Positions 1-8,661 of a DNA stretch of 64,000 nt are shown here, one piece after another. Within the stretch, counting starts at the first letter, position 1. The number at the start of each line of letters is the position of its first letter. Under the pieces are notes generated by a model. It was not told where the DNA came from, did not search any database, and saw only the letters and a list, made by a program, of their open reading frames with translations. A program made the position numbers and the translations under genes. This DNA is from a virus. Where the stretch lies: positions 24,726 through 88,725 of IMG/VR virus record IMGVR_UViG_3300009285_003054; one strand, 5' to 3'.

Positions 1-127
1 ACAATGACAGAGGCAAGCCGGAAATCATTAGATCTATTGCTTGATCAAGCCCAAATTTGATCCCGCTGTACCAAGGGACAACGTCACGAAACCACGACAA
101 AGGTTGATCTGTCATCTGAAATGCCAT
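1..127 (-). CDS. 5' part of a gene running off the left edge (MAFQMTDQPLSWFRDVVPW...)
   Basis: ATG at 127 directly follows the TAA (128-130) of the upstream gene, and the frame stays open to base 1. This implies the queC operon continues beyond the window. Confidence 0.55.
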   Translation of the reverse strand, partial: MAFQMTDQPLSWFRDVVPWYSGIKFGLDQAIDLMISGLPLSL

Positions 128-1189
128 TTACACAACTCCTTTCATACGGAGACCCGGGACATCAACCACTCGAGGGCGAAATGCCATTTTGTACTTGTCC
201 AATCTCGTGTCGAAACTGGTCCCTAATGCCACGGCGGGCATATGCAGTTTCCAGAAGACATACTCAAACATCCGAAGAAAGAGCATTGGAACCAAGCCAA
301 AGCTCCGGTACTTTTCTGATTTATTGGTCACCACCAGTTCGGTGGCAACGATACCCGGTCTATATTCTGATCCGTTATCTGTGTAAACGTTGTAACACCG
401 TGCTGCTCTGGCGTACCTACACATGAGCATACCAACAGGATTACGCCCGTCACTGTACCTTACAGCAAAGGCACACCCCCGTGTTAGCTCTGGCAGAAAC
501 GAGTGGTAAAAGTAAAGTTTGGGGTAAGTAGCGTCGGCAAAAAGAGACTCTCCTGACACAGCTTGTGGTAATCCGTCATCTATTCCTACAAGCGACGAGC
601 TATTGGCTTTTTGACACCAGTATGATGTTAGGCTCGGAAGGAGTTGGTAGAATGTCTCCACTACTACTTCAGGTTTAGTGACCACATCCCACTGTAGCTC
701 ATTGGATCGACACCCATACACGCGGGATCGATAGTTCCCTCGGATGTGCTTGCTGACCCATTCGCAAAATGTGATTTCTTGTCTTTCAGTTGGATTGTCT
801 ACTACAAGTTGTCGCCACCCAGTTGGGGTATACTCCAGCCCAAACTGGTCCCAGGGTATGTCCGGACGAACAAACCATTCAAGGATGCTGTCATATGTCC
901 CCTCGAAGTAGATCAGGCGCACTACCGGGATTATCTGCGCTCTTCCGGTGGTGTACATTTGTCCAATCTCTACTGTAGTGAAGATTGGACAAAACCATGA
1001 CTCATCCGGGTTGAAAAGGTAGTATTTCTCCATGCCCGGATCCAACGGTTGCGTTTCCAGTCCGTACGCTATATCATACACCAGTTTAGTCTGCAGAAAC
1101 TCACCCATCTCGACGGTTTTGTCAAGTAGGCATTTTGAGAACCACGGGAGTGCCGATTCTGTTTTCTGAAACATACTTTTACCTGTCAT
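128..1189 (-). CDS. Tandem-GNAT / FemABX-DUF2156-like acyl- or aminoacyl-transferase
   Basis: C-terminal 'KYRSFGLVPMLFLRMFEY...VALGTSFDTRLDKYKMAFRP' resembles GNAT motif A plus the G..L..(Y/F)K..F.P tail of FemABX/MprF-type folds. ATG 1189 overlaps the upstream stop (ATGA); the ORF track extends to 1222. Confidence 0.5.
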   Translation of the reverse strand: MTGKSMFQKTESALPWFSKCLLDKTVEMGEFLQTKLVYDIAYGLETQPLDPGMEKYYLFNPDESWFCPIFTTVEIGQMYTTGRAQIIPVVRLIYFEGTYDSILEWFVRPDIPWDQFGLEYTPTGWRQLVVDNPTERQEITFCEWVSKHIRGNYRSRVYGCRSNELQWDVVTKPEVVVETFYQLLPSLTSYWCQKANSSSLVGIDDGLPQAVSGESLFADATYPKLYFYHSFLPELTRGCAFAVRYSDGRNPVGMLMCRYARAARCYNVYTDNGSEYRPGIVATELVVTNKSEKYRSFGLVPMLFLRMFEYVFWKLHMPAVALGTSFDTRLDKYKMAFRPRVVDVPGLRMKGVV

Positions 1190-1959
1190 AGACAAACTCG
1201 AGTAAAATGGTAGAATGTCCAAAGTGACTCCGTGTCTACTAATACATCACCCCCTTTAAGCCACGTGCTATTCAGCAGCCGCACTGCCTCGGTGACTGTG
1301 TCCTTCCCTTGGATGCCAGCATACCCGACCTGTGCACAGAATATCCCATCCGATTTTAGAAGTAAAGCTACATCGTTGAAAAACTCCTTACTGAAGACTG
1401 CACACGGGTCACCGTCTGGCTCTGATAGGTCATATACAATTCCTGAGAAGCGCGTTGGTGTTAGGTAGATGTTTTTGACTACTTCTCGAACGTCACCATT
1501 AATCAGATTCACCCTCTTGGGGATTGCATCATCTGTGAAGACACCACCGGTTTCACCCTCGTCACCATCAGGTTGGTTCTGATATGTCCACCATTCCGGC
1601 ATGTGATCTTTGGCCAACTTTTGAACATGTGGATCGATATCCACACCTGTTACATGACCCCACCCTGCATCCAGCAGTATCCGTATTGCTGCCCCGGGAC
1701 CTGTGCCTAGAACTAATACGTGCTTCTCAGCCCGGTCAACCACACATAGTAGCGGCTTTACCAATGCCGAGTGGTAAGCATCTATTACCCTAGAGTTACT
1801 CTGCTCCCTTCCGTTGATCACCAACACTTTGTCACCACCTGTGGTGACAAAGATACCCACCTCGTTATGTACATCAGTGCTCCCATAGGAAAGCACTTGT
1901 TTCACGTCGAAGTGATGTCCCTGTCCGTCAGGGAACTCTACTGTGTATCGCAGCCCCAT
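1186..1959 (-). CDS. speE: Spermidine-synthase (aminopropyltransferase)-fold SAM/dcSAM-dependent enzyme, non-canonical
   Basis: SpeE-like motifs in the expected order: INGREQS (LDG..Q), AYHSALV (YHE.LVH), VLVLGTGPG (GGGDG), VDIDP, NGDV, YDLSEP (D.SDP), FSKEFF..V...L..DGIFCAQ. Confidence 0.85.
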   Translation of the reverse strand: MGLRYTVEFPDGQGHHFDVKQVLSYGSTDVHNEVGIFVTTGGDKVLVINGREQSNSRVIDAYHSALVKPLLCVVDRAEKHVLVLGTGPGAAIRILLDAGWGHVTGVDIDPHVQKLAKDHMPEWWTYQNQPDGDEGETGGVFTDDAIPKRVNLINGDVREVVKNIYLTPTRFSGIVYDLSEPDGDPCAVFSKEFFNDVALLLKSDGIFCAQVGYAGIQGKDTVTEAVRLLNSTWLKGGDVLVDTESLWTFYHFTRVCL

Positions 1960-1971
1960 AAATCCTCCTTG

Positions 1972-2463
1972 TTATCGCAATAACATGCGATCTTCGGCTT
2001 GTGCGCAGGCCAAAAACGTTTTGGCCATGGCCATGATCACATGCCGCATTTCTGGCGGTGCTTCAATATACGCATTCACATATACGTGATACGACTCTCT
2101 GGGGCAGTCGACTATATACTGCTGCTTACCCACGACTATGTGGTAAGCAGCTCGGAGGATCTCTGTTTTCTGCTTGAGGAACTCCGGAGTTACCTCGGGA
2201 TAGCAAAATCGTTGTGCGAGCCCCTCCAGTAATTGGTGAGTACGAGAGTCTTGTTCTGCCAGAGTGCAACCACACGACCGGCAATGTTGACAGATGTACC
2301 ACAGGCAAGTCTGACACTGTTCGATCGCTCGAAAGAGTTTCGAGCACGACCAACAGGTATGAAACTCTTCACAGAAGTTATGCCCAGCACGCTCCCGTCG
2401 ACATGTAGTGTTGGGTGTATCTATGGTGGCTTCGTGATCCAATAACCTTTCGAGGTAATGCAT
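1972..2463 (-). CDS. Cys/His-rich putative zinc-finger protein inside the queC operon
   Basis: CxxC pairs (CWSC, CQTC, CQHC, CGC) in the N-terminal half. Tightly spaced between queC and the speE-like gene. Confidence 0.65.
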   Translation of the reverse strand: MHYLERLLDHEATIDTPNTTCRRERAGHNFCEEFHTCWSCSKLFRAIEQCQTCLWYICQHCRSCGCTLAEQDSRTHQLLEGLAQRFCYPEVTPEFLKQKTEILRAAYHIVVGKQQYIVDCPRESYHVYVNAYIEAPPEMRHVIMAMAKTFLACAQAEDRMLLR

Positions 2464-2469
2464 CCTTGG

Positions 2470-3501
2470 TTATTCTCCCTTTTTTTCTGGTTTGAACATT
2501 TTATATACTCCGCTAGCGTATACTGCAAGGGGATGAGTAGTATGCGAAAGCTGCTGTACTAGCTCCCTTGCTAGACGATTGGTGTACTCGCTAAGAGGAT
2601 CAATAGTGCAAAGAAGAAGAGGATCTTCAATGCCAGCAGCGTGGAATCCCTTCTCCCGAAGTACTGTGGCAGGGTTGTCAGCAATGGGTGGCCATGCTCC
2701 GTTGTAGTCGGTGTGGGTGTACCGGAGCATTTGGAAGTAGTAGTCACCCATGTCGTGCAGTGCTATGACTTCCTCCGCCTTGGTCATGTGCATGAGCGGA
2801 GTAACGATACGAATGCGTCCGCCATGGAAAACCTCACGCCCAGGCTCCGCAGATTGGCTGTCATAATAGGAATCCACAAATCCGATATGCTTGTCACCTC
2901 CGAGAGCAACACTGGCCGCCAACTCGAATGACCGGATGAAACCCTCCCGACAATCTGGATACCCGCTGTAGTCGGCTTCGCAGACTCCGGTCCAGATCTC
3001 AGAACACCCGAGGTTGGCGGCCAGTGCCACCGCTGCTGAGAGGAAAATCAGGTTGCGTCCCGGTACGAAGCTGTCTGGGAGACTGGGATCAAAATGGCTG
3101 GGGGCATTTCCGACTGTGTTACCCCGGTGTTTCTTTCTGACGGGAAAAGTAGCGTACCCTCCCAGCAAGTGGTATTGTGGTTTCCTGTCGAAGTGGGTAT
3201 TATGTGTGGTATCGATCAGTGTCGAAGTAGTGGTGATCTGTCCGAGGAAGCTCATGTCGAGTAGATACCAGCGCTTTTCGGCAGCCAAGACATGTGCCAT
3301 TTTAGCGCCATTGGCGATGACTTGCGTCACGTACTCATCGGTTAACAGCTGTGCTAGTAACACCTCACGCAAATGCTTTTGCCCGTAATAGACCGACATG
3401 CAATAAATGTTCTCGGGTCCGTATTTCTTTAGGGCCATGGCTAGACAGGTAGTCGAGTCCTGACCGCCAGACAGACATACAAGCGCTTTCGTTTTTCCCA
3501 T
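2470..3501 (-). CDS. queC: 7-cyano-7-deazaguanine (preQ0) synthase
   Basis: LSGGQDSTT PP-loop, YGQKH, FVPGRNLIFL, GVCEADYSGYPDCR and TPLMHMTKAE motifs. GAGG RBS upstream. Confidence 0.95.
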   Translation of the reverse strand: MGKTKALVCLSGGQDSTTCLAMALKKYGPENIYCMSVYYGQKHLREVLLAQLLTDEYVTQVIANGAKMAHVLAAEKRWYLLDMSFLGQITTTSTLIDTTHNTHFDRKPQYHLLGGYATFPVRKKHRGNTVGNAPSHFDPSLPDSFVPGRNLIFLSAAVALAANLGCSEIWTGVCEADYSGYPDCREGFIRSFELAASVALGGDKHIGFVDSYYDSQSAEPGREVFHGGRIRIVTPLMHMTKAEEVIALHDMGDYYFQMLRYTHTDYNGAWPPIADNPATVLREKGFHAAGIEDPLLLCTIDPLSEYTNRLARELVQQLSHTTHPLAVYASGVYKMFKPEKKGE

Positions 3502-3510
3502 GTTTACCTC

Positions 3511-3867
3511 TTGTTTGGAGTCTTTCTACAGTTACTTCTGCTTTACCCTTCCCTACCACAGACCATACCAGGGGAGGTAGTCCATGCGGGTCGGGTGATG
3601 CTTGACAGTATCTATCCTGACTGGAGCGTAACTGACACTATTGATCGTCTTCAGAATGAGTTCACCCATGAGGAATGGGAAAGTGTCCCCCTCGAGCAGG
3701 GTCCGGGGTGGTACCTGGGGAAGCATTATACCGTACTGTTGATGCCAGCCGGGGGCACTGTGTCCCATGTGCCGATCCACACTATGCATGTGTGGAACAA
3801 CCACCTCATAGGCGAGACGTTCAACTGGGCTGTCAATGCCCCCACCAGAATGGACCTTCGAGAGTAG
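3511..3867 (+). CDS. Hypothetical protein (start uncertain, possibly 3598)
   Basis: Fills the gap between divergent queC and the next plus-strand gene. No recognisable motif. Confidence 0.4.
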   Translation: MFGVFLQLLLLYPSLPQTIPGEVVHAGRVMLDSIYPDWSVTDTIDRLQNEFTHEEWESVPLEQGPGWYLGKHYTVLLMPAGGTVSHVPIHTMHVWNNHLIGETFNWAVNAPTRMDLRE

Positions 3868-3873
3868 CCACTC

Positions 3874-3909
3874 CCCCATCCACAACACAAGCCCCATCCA
3901 CAACACAAG
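3874..3909 (+). repeat. Perfect 18-bp tandem duplication CCCCATCCACAACACAAG x2
   Basis: Read directly. The second copy runs into the AAGGAG RBS of the 3919 gene. Confidence 0.9.
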
Positions 3910-3918
3910 GAGACTACC

Positions 3919-4308
3919 ATGACGAAGAAGAAACCCCAGAAACAGAAAGTGTCTGAGAATTCCCTTGTTACCCTGAGCGAGGTACTCGCTCAGGTCCATG
4001 CAGACCAGCGGGTCAAAAGGGGCTACAGCCAAGGGCTACTCTTGGCTGTAGATACTCGAATTCCGAGAGGGGATACTTTGGCGCAGCTAGCCAACATTAT
4101 ACATCACCACAATCGGTTGGTAGCCCAACTAGGCGGTTGGTCGGGGATGCCTCTCACTAATGACGAAGCGGATGCGTGTGTTAAGTTGGTAGAACACATG
4201 CGGAAAGATCTGAATAAATTGCTATCCCCTATTCAAAAGGAGATCCAATCCCTGGCCGAGAATATTCAAAAGGAGATCCACTCCATTGCCAAGAAGATGG
4301 CCATGTAG
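3919..4308 (+). CDS. Hypothetical helical protein
   Basis: AAGGAG RBS. C-terminal internal repeat IQKEIQSL/IQKEIHSI. Confidence 0.75.
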   Translation: MTKKKPQKQKVSENSLVTLSEVLAQVHADQRVKRGYSQGLLLAVDTRIPRGDTLAQLANIIHHHNRLVAQLGGWSGMPLTNDEADACVKLVEHMRKDLNKLLSPIQKEIQSLAENIQKEIHSIAKKMAM

Positions 4309-4358
4309 GTAGAGAATCGGATACAACACGAGCAATTTCCCTTCCTGTGTACATCCCA

Positions 4359-4691
4359 CTATCCACTCCTATCCACCTGTCGAAGCAACTCCAGCTCTAC
4401 CACAGTAGAAATCCCCGGGCATTCCCTATTATATTCAAACTCAGTCACCATTTTAGTGGTGTACCCACGCGCTCTCGATTCAAAGTATGCTGCTGCCGCA
4501 CCAACCCCTAGAAAGGGTAGCGGATCTAAATCCCGCTGGATGTTTCTAACAAATTCATCTGTTTCAGGGGTGGATGTATAAACAGCTTCCACCCGAGTGG
4601 TTACCCTGATCATCACCCCAGATGGTTCGTACAGTGGGTTACTTTTCTTTGCCGTGGATGGAAGCAACCGAAGGCGTCTTGACTGATTCAT
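4359..4691 (-). CDS. Hypothetical protein
   Basis: ATG overlaps the stop of the dpdA-like gene (ATGA). Confidence 0.65.
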   Translation of the reverse strand: MNQSRRLRLLPSTAKKSNPLYEPSGVMIRVTTRVEAVYTSTPETDEFVRNIQRDLDPLPFLGVGAAAAYFESRARGYTTKMVTEFEYNRECPGISTVVELELLRQVDRSG

Positions 4692-6658
4692 TTCCGACCG
4701 CCTTTCTTAACTGATCTCTTCAATCTCTTCCGCTTATACCGAGAACCCTGCCTCTTGTGCTTGAGGATGTTTTTTGCTTCCATCTCAGCATCAGTTACCA
4801 GGACTACCTCACCTATTCGTTCCCTCTTAGGCAGTGCTACACCATGCTGGACACAGAACAACCTTCGGGACTTGTTGTCTTTCAACTTGGCTAAGTCATC
4901 TCGTAAATCAGATGAGGCGTCTGTACCGGCACCGTCTGCTTCCCAGGACGTGCAGTATTGCTCTACCGCACGTCGATAATCTACCTTTCCTAGGGAACGG
5001 TATTTGTACCGTTTCCTGGCCTTCTTGCGTTCCAACATTCTCTTCCGACCTTTAGTCGGTGGGTAGCATGTGAGCCCTAGCTCCAGAATCTCCTCGGGAG
5101 CTAGGTAGTTCGGGAGGGTGGTCTTCAGTAGACTAGGGAAGCTCTCTCCATTCATGAAGATGTTAGTGGCCCCGATCTGCGAGAGAGGGTCATCCGCTTT
5201 CTCACCCTTCTTTCCGGGAAGGATGCTGTGAATCTGCCCCCCATTCCCCTGCTTCTCATAAACGAACAACATCTTGTGTTGTTCGAGAGCTGCGTCCATG
5301 TCTCCGTGAATACACTGTTCAATGAAGTCAATGATGAAATGTGCCCCGGAGTTGGTGGCATACGCCGCCTCATCCCGATACTGTTCCTCTGACATTGTGG
5401 CTGCGTTAGCTGCCCACATCTCAGTCATGCGGAGAGTTATCCAGATGTTGTGCCACCCTAGAAGTGTGTATAGTCTATAGCGTGACGGAAGTGTGAAGAT
5501 ATCCCATGTGGGAATACACCGGCATACCGGGCAGGAACATGGTAGAGGTGCCCCGATCACTGGAGCGACCTTACGGTTTATGTACTCCTGTTTGTTGCGC
5601 TCCCTTCCCATCGGGAAGGTGATCAGTTCACCTGACGGGAGTAGCGTCAGGTAACGATTATAACGGATACCCTGCATCCACTGTGTGGAATCCACTGTAA
5701 ATCGATCAATGTATCGCCCCAACCAAGCAAATGCCGGGATACGATGGGCCCCGGACATTGCAAAGAGATGCAGATGTTGGTATGCTCGTTTGTAGCGTAC
5801 ATCCCCAGATCCGGTTCGTACCTTCCGGGTCTTCAACCAGGATGCGTTGGTAGTAGCATCTGCTTTGGTGGCATAGGATTTCTCTGGCCACGGTGCTTCT
5901 TTCAATGTCAAGATGCAATTTCGGAGGAGACTCAACTCCATCCAGTTTCCAGAGCCAATGCCCCACCCGTCCCAGTGGTTAAACTTCCCATCTCCTGATA
6001 CCACTTTGAGAAAATTTCGAGCCTGTGCTATGTCAAATCCGTGAATCACGTTGAACAGCTTGACATCTGGCCCTCGAAGCTGTTCAAACACATCATTGTT
6101 GTGCGCTTGTGCAAGCGCACAAGCGTGGACTATCTTGTTCGATGCCTGGTCTACCTCCCGTGGTGGGATGTCTAGTGCCATTCCTATGTGAGCCCCTTTG
6201 TTGAAGTAACGAATGACATCTTCTGGTGGAATGTATGTAGTCTTTCCGGTATAAAGCTGTGCCCCACCAGAATCCCCGATGACCTCTAACCCAGACTTGT
6301 TCCATGTGATCATATCTTGGATTTGGATGCCTGGTCGGGCGCGTTCCATATCCCTTAACGACGCTTTGTCATTGACGTTGTGTGCCGATACCAACACACT
6401 ATTAAGCATTTTCCTCCCTACGGTGTCATCTTCGTAGGGAGAGAGATCTACCACCTCGTCCCACTCAGACATCTTCGGATAATCTTTGGGTTCCCAGACT
6501 ATCAGGATTTCACGATCAGGAAAACGTGCAAATGTCACTTCTTTGCGGGGGATCTCGGCTTCCCATCCGTAGAGTAACCCGGTACGTTTCCAGCGGATAT
6601 AAATCCGCATGGTAGTGATAGATCTTGGCCAACCGGCACTAGGTACCCACTCCAACAT
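4688..6658 (-). CDS. dpdA: TGT-family transglycosylase, probably DpdA-type (7-deazaguanine insertion into DNA)
   Basis: TGT motifs in order: DSGGAQ, ALDIPP, NVIHG, GWGIG, HLHLFA, VDST, and the zinc site CSCPVC-x23-HN. Lies about 1.2 kb from queC. A DNA rather than tRNA target is inferred from phage precedent. Confidence 0.8.
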   Translation of the reverse strand: MLEWVPSAGWPRSITTMRIYIRWKRTGLLYGWEAEIPRKEVTFARFPDREILIVWEPKDYPKMSEWDEVVDLSPYEDDTVGRKMLNSVLVSAHNVNDKASLRDMERARPGIQIQDMITWNKSGLEVIGDSGGAQLYTGKTTYIPPEDVIRYFNKGAHIGMALDIPPREVDQASNKIVHACALAQAHNNDVFEQLRGPDVKLFNVIHGFDIAQARNFLKVVSGDGKFNHWDGWGIGSGNWMELSLLRNCILTLKEAPWPEKSYATKADATTNASWLKTRKVRTGSGDVRYKRAYQHLHLFAMSGAHRIPAFAWLGRYIDRFTVDSTQWMQGIRYNRYLTLLPSGELITFPMGRERNKQEYINRKVAPVIGAPLPCSCPVCRCIPTWDIFTLPSRYRLYTLLGWHNIWITLRMTEMWAANAATMSEEQYRDEAAYATNSGAHFIIDFIEQCIHGDMDAALEQHKMLFVYEKQGNGGQIHSILPGKKGEKADDPLSQIGATNIFMNGESFPSLLKTTLPNYLAPEEILELGLTCYPPTKGRKRMLERKKARKRYKYRSLGKVDYRRAVEQYCTSWEADGAGTDASSDLRDDLAKLKDNKSRRLFCVQHGVALPKRERIGEVVLVTDAEMEAKNILKHKRQGSRYKRKRLKRSVKKGGRK

Positions 6659-7608
6659 TACGACCTCTTTCCTTGCAGTTTGGCTACAATTTCATCCCGG
6701 GATGGGGAGAAACATACCTCGACCCATGGACACCAACGCCAGTATTCATCGCAAGCATCCGCTCGGACATTACAGTGGCCTGGGGGTAGTATCCCTTTAC
6801 TTATCCTTCGCATAGTATTTGGTACGGTTTTCTCTAATCGGGCTAACCCACCGCGCTTAATCTTGCGGAAAAATGGGGTCCAATTCCTGATCCGGGGATT
6901 GTCACGTGGGATATATATCATCATCACACCCGCACACTCTCCCGGAGGAAGCACTGCGGGTTTATCCCAGAGAATTCTCCCACGATGGTGTTTCAGTGTG
7001 GACTTCCCCCGTTTACGTACCGCACAGTACCCACAATTGAAAAACTCTCCATATACGGATACCTGGTCCAGATGTTCCTCGAATGGCCCATCCTTTACAA
7101 CCCGGGTTTGCCTCCCTAACGACACCGATTTTATCTCCAATGCAAGGTAGTCGTACCCCCAGGGTGTAGGTATGATTCCATCGCAATGTCCATACTCCCC
7201 ACCATCAATCCCGATCAGTGGGTTGGGATGGACCAGGCTATACTCAATATATTCCGGCATCTGCCCACAGCATACCCGTGGACTTAGACAATTGAGCCAT
7301 ATTTTTTTGCAATCCTTGCACTCCCAGGAACCGTATAGTAAACCATGGTACCCAAGGAAGGCTTGGACCGTTGCATGTGCGGCAGTGCCCATATTGGTGT
7401 AAAGTAAAGATTCGAGTCGCCACTCTTCAGTCGGCGGCGAATGCGACTTACTTACCCACGTGGTCAACGCTATGTCCCGGGGGCAGATACCCCCGGATGA
7501 CGCGCGAAACTCAGCGCGATGGTGCATTGGCCAACCCTTCCCGCGTTCGTCCATTTCGAGGAACGCTGTTGACACTACTTTCCGAATACGGGCGATGCCA
7601 CTACTCAT
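6658..7608 (-). CDS. Cas4-like PD-(D/E)XK exonuclease
   Basis: RASS..ICPR, GTAAH, GHCDG..LEIKS, H..QV..Y and C-terminal C...C..CPW..VC (Fe-S-type Cys pattern). TAATG overlap with the dpdA-like gene. Confidence 0.8.
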   Translation of the reverse strand: MSSGIARIRKVVSTAFLEMDERGKGWPMHHRAEFRASSGGICPRDIALTTWVSKSHSPPTEEWRLESLLYTNMGTAAHATVQAFLGYHGLLYGSWECKDCKKIWLNCLSPRVCCGQMPEYIEYSLVHPNPLIGIDGGEYGHCDGIIPTPWGYDYLALEIKSVSLGRQTRVVKDGPFEEHLDQVSVYGEFFNCGYCAVRKRGKSTLKHHRGRILWDKPAVLPPGECAGVMMIYIPRDNPRIRNWTPFFRKIKRGGLARLEKTVPNTMRRISKGILPPGHCNVRADACDEYWRWCPWVEVCFSPSRDEIVAKLQGKRS

Positions 7609-7650
7609 ACAGAAACCCTTCCGAGGACTAAAGGTCTACCACTGCTAGAG

Positions 7651-8661
7651 ATGTCAGGAGTTCAAATGATGCCTTCCCATCTGTATGATCCCGAAGTACC
7701 CGCTGCAATGTTGCGGGTGCTGAAAGCCAACGGGATCAAGTATCGCGAGAAGACTGATTTTATCTACGTGCAGTGCCCCTTCCACAAGGGCGAGAGCCTC
7801 GGGTATTGGTTGTCCAAAAGTGGAAAGATTGGGAAGTGTTGGAAGTGTGAACATCATGCGGGTTGGAATGATTATGCCAAGGCCGCCGGGTTGTGCAAAG
7901 CAAGAATCCCGAAGATTGAGAAAGATACCGAAGATGACTATTCCCTGGGGTATCTGTACCAAGCTTTAGATGGGGCGCACGGATCAGATAATGTGGATCT
8001 TCCGGAGATGGAACTACCCCATGGTATAACCAAGTGGAGTCAACCTTGGCGACATTTGCGTCGTCGGTTCCTTCTGGAGATCGGTGTGTTCCGGTGGTAC
8101 GATGACGCCAGTCGTTACTATCGCATACTGTTCCCCATCACCATGGGCGGAGTTTTGGTTGGGTACCAAGCTGGGCGTGGCGACTACACACAGAGATACC
8201 CAAAGCATGACCCAAAGTATCGGGCGTCACTCAAACTCCCTAGCCCTAAGGGATTCTTCGGAATGGATCAAGTTCATGCAGAAAAACTTCAGGTACTGGT
8301 ACTAGTAGAGGGTGTGTATGACTGTCTACGGCTGTGGCAGCATCATATCCCGGCTATTGCCAATCTGGGATCGGATTCTGTGTGGAACCCCAGCAAAGCA
8401 CAGATGCTGATTGGTTTGCCCGAGCTACGGTGTCTAGTGTCGGCACTAGACTGGGATTCCGCCGGAGAAAAGGCCCATGCACGGGTAATAGAGGATCTTA
8501 GGGAAAGTGACATTCGTGTGGTACGTGCTGCTCTACCAAAGAAGAAAGATGGGTATCACGATGTTGGAAGTGCACCATACGGTTGGGTACGCTCATTTCG
8601 AGAGGATCTTAAAGGACTCGGTCTCGCTAATGGGTGGACCCCAGATCCATTCACAGTATGA
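7651..8661 (+). CDS. DNA primase (CHC2-type zinc finger + TOPRIM)
   Basis: CPFH...CWKC zinc finger, LVLVEGVYD and LDWDSAG TOPRIM motifs. Confidence 0.9.
   Translation: MSGVQMMPSHLYDPEVPAAMLRVLKANGIKYREKTDFIYVQCPFHKGESLGYWLSKSGKIGKCWKCEHHAGWNDYAKAAGLCKARIPKIEKDTEDDYSLGYLYQALDGAHGSDNVDLPEMELPHGITKWSQPWRHLRRRFLLEIGVFRWYDDASRYYRILFPITMGGVLVGYQAGRGDYTQRYPKHDPKYRASLKLPSPKGFFGMDQVHAEKLQVLVLVEGVYDCLRLWQHHIPAIANLGSDSVWNPSKAQMLIGLPELRCLVSALDWDSAGEKAHARVIEDLRESDIRVVRAALPKKKDGYHDVGSAPYGWVRSFREDLKGLGLANGWTPDPFTV

Noticed and set aside
3602-3607. TTGACA hexamers at 3602 and 22305 as promoters
   Set aside because: No acceptable -10 element at 16-18 nt spacing.
6658-7608. CRISPR-Cas system suggested by the Cas4-like gene
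   Set aside because: No cas1/cas2 or effector genes and no repeat-spacer array were seen anywhere in the window. Solo Cas4-like nucleases are common in phages.
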